From Protoeuglena noctilucae (Eukaryota): DNA of 64,000 nucleotides. Location: NCBI GenBank assembly GCA_958009085.1, contig OY253668.1, positions 558,001 through 622,000 on the forward strand, read 5' to 3'. Each line of letters starts with the position of its first letter. Positions within the stretch are counted from its first letter, which is position 1. The notes under the pieces are model-generated. The model worked only from the letters and a program-made list of their open reading frames with translations. It was not told the DNA's origin and ran no database searches. A program made the position numbers and the translations under genes. Shown one piece after another: positions 49,599-61,900 of this stretch.

Positions 49599-52319
49599 TT
49601 AGTCCAGCGCGTAACGCTGGAACTGCTGCTCGGCGGGCGCTGGCTGCTTGGGCGCGGCGCCGTTGCCCCTGCCGATGAAGCCGTTGCGGCTGTAGAAGTC
49701 GGCGTTTTGCATCGAGTAGAGCGCGATTGAGTTCGGGGCCACGCTCACGCCGTACTTGGCCAGGATGTGCGCCACCGCCAGGTTGAGCTCCGTCCGCACC
49801 TGCGCACAGCGGTGCGGCAGTAGCTGGTCAGACCAGCCCCCACACCTCGGTTGACAAGCATGCCGCTGCCGCCGCCACTGCGGCGCCCACTGCGCCTGCA
49901 CCCACGCAGCATACGGCGCAAACCGCGCCTCGGCCACAGCCCACTCGCCTCCGCCTCCAGACCACCCCCGCTGCTGCCCCTGGGCCGCACGGGCCCGACC
50001 AGGTAGGCCAGCGTGACCACGACGCCCGTGGGGCTGAGCTCCTCGATGAAGCACCGCGGGCGGTGGTAGGGCGGCCGCACCTCGTTGCTCTCCTTGGTCC
50101 CAAAGGTCTCGATGTACCTGCGCAAGGGGCGGGGCGTGCGCTTAGCACGTGTTCACGCCCCCACGCGGGCACCTGCCTACACCATGTGACCCCCACCAAC
50201 TCCCCATGCGTGTCACCTGATGGCCTTGAACGTGTCCTTGATGTCGTTGATGATGCTCTGGACGTGCTCGATGTTTTCGTACGGGATGACGACCGAGTGC
50301 CGGACCTTGCGGTGGGTGTTCATGGTCTCGACGTCCATGCCGTTGCGGATGATGAGGGAGTTCGGGACGGAGACGAGGGAGAGCTTGTTGTAGTCACGGA
50401 TGTCCGTCATGAGCCACCCGACCTTGAGCACTTGCCCCGCCATGCTCCCGAACCGCACCACCTCCCCGACCTGCATCCGACGCCCGCGGACCAATGCTCA
50501 GTTGCCGGCAAGCAGCACCGGCGACTGTTGCAGAGGCATTGAACCCCGCATCCCGCCGCACCTGGCACCGCTACATAAAAATGATGACCAAGCCAGCCAT
50601 GACGCTCTCACCTGGCACCTCCCCTTAGAGATGATGACCAGGCCAGCCATGAAGTTTTCGAGGATGTCCTTGGCCGCGAGCGACAGGGCCAGACCACCCA
50701 CACTGGACACGAACAGCGCGCCGGCCTTGAGACCCACGGCCTGCAGGCCCACCGCGGTTGTGCTCACGATGATGAGGAGCGACACGCCCTTGTCAATCAT
50801 CTCCAGCTGGGTCTGGGAAGCCCTGCGGACGATGGGTGAAGGAATGGGCGTCAGGTGGCACGAGGTGTAACCTGGCGCCTGCCCGTGTCCGCGCAATCAA
50901 GGTGCGGGGTTGTTAGGTCACTTGAACACACGACGCAGCGTGGCCACCCACGCCGGGCTGGGGAGGCAGCGCCACGAACACGTCGCTCACCCGGCCGAGA
51001 GCTTTGTGAAGAGCGGCAGCCTTGCCAGGTACCGCTCCTTGAGATCAAAGAGAAGGGAGGCGCCCCAGATGGTGTAGACCACCGTGTCGAAGGCCTTGAG
51101 CCACGGGGCACCAGCCAGCACCTCCACGGCGTCCTTCCCTGCAACGAAGGGCAGTGTTGGCGCGTGGCACTCGCAGTCCATGACAAGGTGAGCCACCAAA
51201 CCCATGCGCAGCGAGCGAGCGGCGTTCATCGAGAATGGCACCTGCATGCTGCATGACCAGCTGCACTTGGTCCACCACGTAGGATGCCAGGAAAACGTAC
51301 CCCAGGTTGCGCATCGGGCCCTGGAGCCAGCCCCAGAAGGACATCTCGAACGTCTCGTCCTGCGGTGAGGAAGGCGAGGGCCAAAGCACTGCAGCTGCTG
51401 TCGACCAACAGTCGGGGCGGCAGATGACGACGTCCTGGCCGCATGCATGCCATGCCCCGCACCTCGATCTTCGTGGGAGGGATGCCGCGCCATGCATCGA
51501 TGCGGCACCGCGCGCGGTGGAAGACCTGCCTCAGCTCCAGGCTCAGGAAGTGGATGCCTTTAAGGATCGAACGATAGGTGGCAAACCAAACGAGAGGAAA
51601 CCAAATCTGCGGTGGCCAGACGTGGGATGCGGTCGCGTGCCGCCAATGCCCGTCGCCCGGCATCCCCTGCCCATGCGTCCTGCCCATGCGTGCGCACTCG
51701 CCTCCGTGGGCGCCCACTGGTCGTTGATGAGCTCCCACAGCCCCAGGATGACGCCCTTGCCTAAGAACCACACCGCCAGCTCAATCTGTGGCGCAGAGAT
51801 GGGCAAATACACGGGGTCGCCTTGGCCCTGGTCGCCCGACGCGACGCGCGGACCTCCGTCCCCTCCCAATGCTGCTCCGGGCTGCCGCTCTTGCTTAGCT
51901 GAGCGCGGCAACTCGCCTTGAGGAGGACTTTCTCGAGGCCGCCCATCACGCCCAGCAGCCATGGCGCGTACTGGTAGAGGATCTGCGCTAGGGGGTCGAA
52001 CGCCCCTGCAAACTTGCCCACGTCACTCTGCGAGGGCGAGGGCGGCGGAAACGAGCTCAACCAAACAGCGTAGGTCCTCCACGGAGGTTCCCCGCCTTGC
52101 GTGCACCCCACGCACCGCGTTGACGTTTTCCTTGGCCTGGTTGAAGGCCGCGATGACATCTCTACTGACGCTCCGGACAACGGTGGCATCGCGCCCGCTC
52201 GTTGAGGTCCCCGCGGGGCTGGGCGGAGCGCCAACCGGGCGAAGTTGGCCCGGCCAGGTGCCGCCGCTCGCCCGCGGAACTCGGGCCACCGCTGCGGCCA
52301 GAAAGCGGCGTGGTATCAT
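49599..52319 (-). CDS. MscS-like mechanosensitive ion channel (MSL), probably organellar
   Basis: SSVGGLALSLAAKDILENFMAG, |VGEVVRFGSMAGQVLKVGWLMTDIRDYNKLSLVSVPNSLI..N (MscS signature); several upstream TM helices and a transit-like start MIPRRFLAAAVARV. Start approximate. Confidence 0.88.
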
Positions 52320-52958
52320 CAGCGACGAACCTGGCACAATTATCTCGTCGCGCGAGGCCGTGCGCGAGAATGTGCTTGCCCGGGGCAGCTTCGCAGTTGA
52401 AGCGGGCCTGCGCCCTCGCGCAGGGCCGCGCCACCCCCAGGACCCCACGCCCTTCCATGGCAGTTCTCCACTGCCGGGGCAACTGCCCGGGAGGGGTCGC
52501 TTTATGCCACCTCCCAACCGATTTGAAAGTCTCCGGAAGGAAAAGGAGCAGACGAAGCTGGCGACGTGAGCGAGCGATGTGAAAAACGCGGGATGGGCTG
52601 AGGGCCAAAAACTGCAAACGTCAAAATACCCTCCAGGGGTTTCCCCCGGGTCAGCCCCTGAGAGAATGAAGCGCGGGCATGACCCAACTGTGTTAATCTG
52701 GTATCCAATTGCGTATAGGCCGGGTGGGTAGAGGAGCAGACCCGACTCACCGGTAGCACGGCTGGCTGGCCCAAGTCCGGCATCTGCTAGCCATCTCTGG
52801 TCGGTCATATAGCCGTTGCGATCAGACTCTGTAGCGTGACCGATCCGGTGCACCTGGCGCCCGTCTCCCTGGCCGGGGCTTTTTCATTTTGTTCACCGCA
52901 GCGTCGAGGACTGTGACGGAGGCACATCAGATTCCCCGTTCCCGTGCGCCAACAGAAA

Positions 52959-55900
52959 ATGAGTATAAGTGACGAAAGGGTCATTTTCCTCGCGCAGCTC
53001 CTCGCCGACCTGGCGGCGTCCGAGTGAGGGCGCTGTACCTGTGCCATGCATCGCTCTTTGCCGCGCCCTGCCCACCTCTCTGGCCACCCATCGCGCGATC
53101 TCCGCTGCATCGTTACCAAGTCGTGCGGCTGCTTGTGTCTCCACTCCCTTTCCAGCCTTCCACGCGCGGCTCTCTGCCCCGGGATGCCGCAGGAGCGCGA
53201 GGCGGGATGCCGCGAAGCAGGCCCTTCTCGCGGACGCGAGGTCCGCGAGTACCATTCTCCGGTTCGTGGACGACTCTTCGACGGGCGCGCTCTTCGTGTC
53301 CCTCGACGAGACGCCCATCAAAGTCTCCCTCGAAGCCCTCAAGGTGGGGCCGCGACCCGCTCCCGCCGCGTTTCGCGTAGCGCCGCGCACTGTCGCGATT
53401 CTGCATCTCGTGTCACTATCGCTGCCGCGGACTTGGCCCTGCAGGGGACCTCGGGACGGCTCGTGGTGGTGACCAAGTTGGTGAAGGGGCCGCTGGAGGC
53501 CCCGGACCTCTCCAAGTGCCTCTCCGTGTCCACCGTGGTCGGGGGGAGCCCGCTCAAGTCGCTGCAGTCCTCCATCGCGGCCGTTTACCTGCCGCTGCTG
53601 GGCCAGGACCGGGATGGCGCCAAGCTCCTGCAGGACATTGCCAGCACGATCGGGGGAGGGGGTCCGTCCACGGCATCGCTGGACCCGAACGCCGTGCCGG
53701 TCCACTCGATCGCCTCGATCAACGACGAATTCGAGCGATGGTCCACGCTGGTGAGAGGCACATGCACGCTCGGGGTCGGTAGGTGCCATGCTGCTGCCCA
53801 TGGCCACAGCACGCCGCTTCCCCGGTCGCTCGCAGGCCGGGCGCGACACGGGGGACGCGGGGCGCGTGGTGGAGGTGCTGCAGCCGCTGAAGGCCGCCGT
53901 GGACCGCACGCAGCCGGGCAGCCCTGTGACGCAGGACGACCTGTTGGAGGTGAGGCCATGGGGCGGCGTGCATGGACACGACGTTGCATATGAGAGAACG
54001 TTGCTGGCTGTGAGCCGTGAGGCATGGGGTGATCTGCACGGCTTCACGCACACAGTGCTCTGCTGCGCCCCGCAGGTGGTGGACGTGGCGGACCAGGTCT
54101 TCCAGGACGTGAGCGGCATGACGTGCACGGGCCACCCCGCCTACGACGCCGCACACATGGAGCACGCCATGTACCTGGTGGCAGCGCACCTGCAGGCGGG
54201 GATCGCCCGCTTCACGGCAGCCACGCCCGTCTTCGAGGGACCCTTCGAGGTGAGATACCTGAAATGACCCTAACTGTTTGTCACGAAACCACGTGTGGCC
54301 GTTTCCTCAAAGCAGCCGGCGAGCCGCCCACGACACGCGCACCGCTCGACTCGCCCATATCCTCGCCATCTCTCACCCCCGCAGGAGGTGCACCCCGTCC
54401 TGCAAGGGGCCCTTACGGTGGTGCAGGAGCTTGACCGGGCGTTCCAGGGGCTCTCCGCCTACTTCGTCACCACCATCCACAACTGGCCAGGCCACCCACC
54501 GAAGCTGGCCTTCGTGGCTCGCCTTAAGCAGCGACTGCACGACGTCCTGCACCTCAGGTGACCGCGTTGCTGTGGACTGGGTGCAGTGCCGTCACAGCTC
54601 AAGCGACCGTGCCCCTGTGTTCATGCGCCATGCCTTGCTGGTCAGCAAGCCACCTTCGCGCACCTTGCCCCACCTGCCTGCCCACGCAGGGAGGTCCTCC
54701 AGGAGGTGTCCATGCTGACGGGCGCGACCATCGCCCCAGCGGATGCGCTCGCGGCCTTCGCCCCAATGCGCCAGGGGTACCTCTCCGTGCCCTCAAACGG
54801 CGACCCCGTGTGGGACGCGGCCAAGATGGACTTCGACGGGCGCATCGGGCCCTACGAGGAGCGCCTGCGCTCGCAGCTCCGCTCGCTCCTCACCGAGCTC
54901 TACGTGCCCGCCCTGACGGCCGCGGGCGCCGCCGACGGCCGTATGCAGCCCGCCGAGGTGGTCCGGGAGGTCTCCGGGCTGCGGCACATCCTCTCCCGCA
55001 AGGGCGTTCTCTCGGCGCTGGAGCGCGAGGTCTGCGGCCTGCTCACGGGCATGAGCGCCTTCCTGTCGGCGTCGACTGCTGACCTCCAGCAGCGCATTCG
55101 GGACGCCTCGTCCAACCCCATCGACGTCCTCGCGGCCACCTCCCAGGCGAGAGGATGCCCCTGCTACAGCGTGTGTCTGTCACCCCGGATGCTTTGGTGT
55201 GTCACGAGTGCGCCATCAGTGGGTGACCGGATTGTGTCGCGCTTTGGCAGAGCACATCTGGGTTCGTCACCCCGCCCCGCTCTGCCCGTCGCGCGCAGGT
55301 GATGGCGCGGATCCAGCAGGTGCGCGCGGTGACGCAGGGCATCGTCCCCGCTTCCGTGGAGGAGGGGGCGCTGGCCGAGGCGGCCGCCGCGCTCCGGTCC
55401 ACGATCGCCGGCATGCTCAAGGACGTGCAGCAGCGGCAGGAGGACTTGCTGGCCGACTGGGTCGGCAAGACGCGGGACCGACTGGAGGACGTGAAGCAGA
55501 AGGGCTTCCGGCAGCTGATGGACTTCGACGGAGAGGGGCGACTGCGCACGGCGTTCAACCAGGAGATGCTGCGGCTGCTCAAGCAGGCCCGCCAGATCAT
55601 TGGGCTGGGGTTGACAGTGCCCAAGGACGTCATGAGGGCCCTGGAGCAAGTGCGCACCGTGACGCGGCGGGGCATGGCGCTCATGCAGGTGCGGCACGGC
55701 GGGCGCTGTTGCGGGCGGCGCCATTGATGTTTCAGCGACCGACACTTGCTGTTCCATAGGCGCTGTGGCTGACATGTCGGGACTCTGCGCTTGTCACCCA
55801 TACGGATAGGGTATGTCCCCTGGGTCTGCACACTGCCAAGACGGCTGCCCCGCTACCTTCCCTGCCCTCAGGTGGTAAATTTCTACAACGAGGTCTCCAA

Positions 55901-58900
55901 CTCGATCGCCGACTGCCACAAGCGCATGCTGGTGGAGCAGGCCAAGCAGTTCGAGGCAGTCATCCTCAACCCGACCGACGCGGCCGGCAACCCCCTGCTG
56001 TGGGACAACACGGTGGGCCTAGACAACTACCTCAAGCGACTGACGGCGGCGATGGGCGACTTCCGCGCCCGGCACGAGCGCATCCTGCACTTCCACCGCC
56101 GCATCGAGGGCGTGGTGCGGGGTTTGCTCGATGCGGACCTGGTCGCCGACCGCGGGCGGTGGGAGGGCACCGTGCGCGCCGTGCAGGCCGAGATGCGGTA
56201 CCTGGAGTCGGAGTTCGACGCCAAGGCGCCGCAGCCGTGGCGCCTCCACTGGGACATGCAGCTGAAGAAGGTGCTCGGCACCCTCTACGCGCGGGGACTG
56301 GAGACGTACCACCGCAGCGCCCCCCGCGCCGAGATCCGGCTCGTGTTCCAGCAGCGCCGCCTGCTCTTCGACCCGCCCATCGAGCAGGTCCGCCAGGAGC
56401 ACGTCCGGCAGCTTGCGGCGTTCGTGTCGCTGCCTGCGAGCACGGCGGGGGTGTCGGCGTTCGCCAAGGAGGGCGCGCGGTTCTTCGCGTCGGTGGCCGA
56501 GGGCCCGGAGGTCGCGGACAAGGTTGCCGCGCTGTACGAGCGCGCTGAGGGCATCTTCGCGGACCTGGCGCGGGAGCAGGCGCGGCTGGCGGAGTGGGTG
56601 GCCATGGGCATGGTCGGGGACGTCGAGGCGTTCGTCGACGAGCATTGCAAGGACATCGAGCAGGTGCGGCGGGCTCGGTGTCGCTGGGGTCGCGCTGCGA
56701 GTTGTGGCTGTGTTGAGGTTGGGCACGCACAGCCCAGGGCTACGGGCAAAAGGGATGCGAGCCTGGCTCGCAAATGGCAGAAGGCTGTTTGCAGAATGAC
56801 CTAGATGGGAGCTCTGCCGCCGGAGTGCTGGTGGGTGCTGAGGGCTGGCCGTCGCGTTATTTGCCCCACAGGTGAAGCCGAACCTGCAGGCGGTGAGCCA
56901 GGTGCAGCGGGAGGCGGGGAAGTTGATCAAGGCGCAGGTGGAGATCGGGTGCTACACGCTGAGCCTGGCCTCGGTGCGGGAGGCGGTGGAGCGGCAGTGC
57001 AAGGAGCTGCAGGAGGCGGTCATCGGGTCGCAGACGCGGCAGGCGCGGCAGGAGCGCCTGGAGGCCGAGGGCCACCTGACCCGCGGCCTGGCGCTGGTGT
57101 CGACGGAGGCGACGTCGATCCAGGACATCGGGGAGAAGAAGAAGGGGGCGCCGCAGCTGGCCGAGGCGTCGCGCGAGGCCCAGCGGCTGCTGGCGCGCGT
57201 GCGGGAGCGCAACCGCCTCATCGCCGAGATCTCCCAGTCGGCCAAGGCGCAGATGGAGCAGGTGGACGTGTCGGACCTCGAGCAGCGGGCGGAGGAGTTC
57301 GAGTCGGCCCGGCAGAGGCACGACCACGACCTGGAGGACCAGCGGAAGCGGCTGGTGGGCGTCGTGGAGGGGCGGAAGAGGGAGTTCGTGGACCGCGTGC
57401 GGGCGCTGCACGGCGCGTGGGCGGCGGCGCGGCCGCGGGAGGGCGCGGCGGTCGACAAGGCGCAGATCTTCTGCACGCTGGACGAGGTCGCGGAGCAGGC
57501 CGCGGCCGCCGCGACCGACGCGCGCGCGCTGCAGGCGGACTGCGAGGCCGGCGGCGTGGAGGGCATCGATTTGGAGGAGGTGGAGCGCCTGGCGGCGGAG
57601 GTGGCCGAGGAGCGGACGGCGTGGCAGCGTTACGAGGACTTCTGCAAGGAGCGCGACGCGCTGTTCAAGACGCCGTGGATGGCCGTGCGCGAGCGCGCGC
57701 GCAACGAGATCGAGGACTTCCTTCACAAGTGGAAGCGGGCGCTTGGGGCGCGGGGGTTGGCCGGGCGCGGGGTGGTAGACCGGACGATCCAGGACGACCT
57801 GGAGCGCTACGAGGCGATCAACCCGCACCTGAAGTTCATCCAGGGCTTCGCGTGGGACGAGGGCCACTGGGCGCGGCTGTTCAAGATGATCGGCATGCCG
57901 CGCCAGGACCTAATGCGCGTCACGCTGCTGGACTTCCTCGAGCGCACCGACAAGCTCACGGCCTGCGCGGACGAGATCCGCGCGATGGACGCGCGCGCGC
58001 AGGCGGAGGCGGGGCTGCGCAAGGCGCTCGCGGAGCTGAAGGACTGGGGCTTCCAGCGGACGTTCTCGCTCCTGGAGCACGACATCGCCAGCCAGGGCAA
58101 GACCACGCACCTGATCCGGGAGTGGAAGGATCTCATGACGGAGGTCGGGGACATGCAGGTGCGTCATGGACCGCTCTGGTCAGGCTCGCGATGGAGAGCT
58201 GGGGCAAAGGCAACAACGGGCAGGCAGTTCAAAATCCCTACGCGCGCCCCCGTGCCCACAGGCCCTCGTGGGATCGCTGAAGCAGTCGCCGTTCTTCGCC
58301 GACTCGGGCATCAAGGACGAGGTCGTCTCGTGGGACGCGCGCCTGTCAGAGCTGTCGGGGGCGCTGCTGCAGCTGAACGACATCCAGCGCCGGTGGGTGT
58401 ACCTGGAGCCCATCTTCAGCCGCGGCGCGCTCCCCGCGGAGCAGGCGCGCTTCTCCAAGGTCGACCGCGACTTCCAGGCCCTGATGGCGACCGTGGCGCG
58501 CGACCCGAACGTCAAGAGCCTCGCGGACCGCCCGGGCCTCAACGCCTCGCTCAAGGCTATGGCCACGCAGCTGGAGCACTGCCAAAAGGCGCTGATGGAG
58601 TTCCTCGAGGAGCGCCGGAGCCTCTTCCCGCGCTTCTACTTTATCGGGGACGACGACCTGCTGGAGATCCTGAGCCAGTCGCGGAACCCCCAGGTCATCC
58701 AGACGCACCTCAAGAAGCTCTTCGCGGGCATCTTCTCCGTGGTCCTTGAGTCGGGGTCCATCTCGGCCATGTGCTCGTCCGACGCCGAGCGCGTGCCCCT
58801 GGCGACGCCTGTGGCCACCAGCGACAAGGTCGAGGGGTGGCTATCGGACCTGGAGACAGCGGTGCGCGCGTCGCTGCAGGGGATTCTGCGCGCCACGACG

Positions 58901-61900
58901 CAGGACCCGGCCGGCAAGGGCCTGCGCGCGGGGCTGGGTGCCCAGGACTTCGACGCCATGCCCAGCCAGGTGCTGTGCCTCTCCGAGATGGTGCGGTTCA
59001 CCTCCAAGTGCGAGGTCGCGCTGCAGAGCGGCGCGCTCGATGCCCTCCGCTCCGAGCTGCGGGGCCACCTGGACCAGTACACGGCGAGCGACTACGACGG
59101 CCAGCCGGTGATGCAGCTCAAGATCAAGGCGCTGGTTTTAGATACCATCCACCATTTGGACGTGGTGGACCGCCTGCGCGAAGCGGGGGCCAAGGGCGTG
59201 CACGAGTGGGAGTGGCACAAGCAGCTGCGCTTCTACCTGCGCCCCGGGGGCGACTGCGACGTCCACATGGCGTCGTCCAAGCTGGAGTACACGTTCGAGT
59301 ACCAGGGCAACGCGCCCAAGCTTGTCTACACGCCGCTGACCGACAAGTGCTTCCTCACGCTGACCCAGGCCATCAAGCTGGGGTATGGGGGCAACCCGTA
59401 CGGCCCCGCCGGGACGGGCAAGACCGAGTCGGTGAAGGCCCTGGGGCAGTACCTGGCGCGGCAGGTGCTGGTGTTCAACTGCGACGAGGAGTTCGACTTC
59501 AAGTCCATGGGCCGCATCTTCATGGGGCTGCTGAAGTGCGGCGCCTGGGGCTGCTTCGACGAGTTCAACCGACTGGAGCCCGAGGTGCTGTCTGCCGTGT
59601 CGCAGCAGATCCAGCTCATCCAGGGCGCGCTGAAGCAGGGGCAGCGGCAGATGGCCTTCATGGGCCGGGAGGTCCCTGTCAACCGCAACGCGGGCATCTT
59701 CGTGACGCTCAACCCGGCCGGCAAGGGCTACGGCGGGCGGTCGCAGCTGCCCGACAACCTCAAGCAGCTCTTCCGCTCCGTCGCCATGACGGTCCCCGAC
59801 AACGAGCTCATTGCCGAGGTGCTGCTGCTGTCAGAGGGCTTCCACCACGCCAAGGCCATGGCCCGGCAGGTGGTGACGCTGTTCGACGTGTCGCGGCAGC
59901 TCCTCTCAAGGCAGCGGCACTACGACTGGGGCCTGCGGGCGCTCAAGACCTCGCTGGGCATCGCGGGGCGCATCCTTCGCGAGGGCCGCCGGGGCCCGCA
60001 GGCGCTGAGTCAGGCCGAGGAGGCCGCCGTGGTCATCCAGGCGGTGCGCGTGACGAAGCTCCCGACGCTGACGGCCGCGGACACGGAGCGCTTCGCCTCG
60101 CTGCTCGAGGTGCAGTTCCAGGGGGTCCGCGCCACGGACATGCGCGACGAGGGCATGCAGGGCGCCATCTCCCAGGCCATGGCGGGCATGTCGCTGGCGG
60201 AGGACCCCGCGCAGGTACAGAAGGTGCTGCAGCTGCACATGGCCACGCTGCAGCGCATCGGCGTCATCATCGTCGGCCCGTCCGGGTCCGGCAAGTCGAC
60301 GCTGTGGCAGGTGCTGGAGCAGGCGTACAAGATCCTCGACCGGCCCCTGCGCGTGCACAAGATGAACCCGAAGGCTATCGACCGCAAGCAGCTCCTCGGC
60401 AGCCTCGACCTGGACACACGCGAGTGGACCGACGGCGTGCTCACGTCCGCCGCGCGCCGGGTGGTGGCGGAGGACCCCTCCGTGCGATCCTGGATCATCT
60501 GCGACGGCGACGTGGACCCCGTATGGATCGAGTCCCTCAACTCCGTCCTCGACGACAACCGCCTCCTCACCCTGCCCAACGGGGAGCGGATCCAGCTTGG
60601 GTCCGGCAACGTCAACTTCGTCTTCGAGTGCCACACGCTGCAGTGGGCGTCCCCCGCCACCGTCTCCCGCTGCGGCATGATCTTCTTGTCCGAGGAGGCC
60701 CGCGACATCGCCAAGGACGTCAACAAGTGGCTGGCGGACCTGGAAAGGACCGGACACGGCAACGCCGACGCACTGCGGCCCCTCTGCGCAGAGTACCTCC
60801 CCCGCGTGTTCCAGGAGGCGTGCGCGGTGGAGTCCGCCGTGGAGACCACTGCGATCGGGCGCCTCTGGGCCGGCCTCTCCCACGTCACCCACGCCACCAC
60901 AAGAGCCGCCTTCCTGCGAGGGCTGGCGGCCGGGTTCGGGGCCAACATGCTCCCCGCGGACCGCGAGCGCTTCCGCGCCAAGGTCGCGCAGATCGGCGGG
61001 GAGCCCGGGCTCGCGCGCGACGCCCCGCCGGGGTCGCTGGCGGAGGCTATGGGGACGGAGGACGATGTACCGGTGGAGGCGGCACCGGGGGAGCCGCCGC
61101 TGGTCCCGACGGGCAGCATGCGCGCGCTGGCGGCGGTGCTCGCGCCGTGGCTGCAGAACGGCGAGCCGGTCGTGCTCGTGGGCCCCAGCGGGTGCGGCAA
61201 GACGCTGCTGGTGACGCGCCTGGCGCAGATGCTGCCCGGCCCCACGCGCGTGGCCCGGGTGGCCTGCTCGGCGCACTCGGGCGCGGCCATGGTCATCACC
61301 AAGCTCAAGCAGATCTGCGGCCGGCCCAAGGTCCGCGGGGCCGGGAAGTTGCTGGCGCCCCAGGATGGCGGGCGCGTGGTGCTTCTGATCAAGGACGTCA
61401 ACCTCCCTCAGCCTGACACCTTCGGCACCGTGCAGCTCGTGGCCTTCCTGCAGCAGCTCATCACGTACCGGGGCTACTACGACGAGGACGAGGGGCTGGA
61501 GTTCGTGTCGTTGGACCGCGTGCAGATCGTGTGCACGATGACCCCGCAGGGATCCGTCGGGCGCCACCGCCTCTCCACGCGCCTCACGGCCAACATGCGC
61601 GTCGCGTACGTCGACTATCCGAGCCCGGACGAGCTCGGGGAGGTGTTTGCGGCCGCCATGGAGCCGGTCGCGCACCACGTTCAGCAGTCGGGCGGCGGGG
61701 CCGTGCCGCCCGCGACCCTCGCCGACGCCCTCGTGCAGGCGTACAGCGACGCGTGCAGCACGTTCTCCGCCAACGACCACAGGCAGTACGCCTTCACCCC
61801 CCGGCACCTCATGGACTGGGGCCTGGGCCTGCTCCAGTACGACATGGGCAGCGCGGCGGCAGCCGCCCAGGCGGTCTTCTACGAAGGCTGCCGCGTCTTT

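Noticed and set aside
25938..52319. Functional ion-channel cluster (two bestrophins, MLO, MscS-like)
   Set aside because: The channels are interspersed with unrelated genes, probably act in different compartments and share no visible regulatory motif; chance proximity is the simpler explanation.
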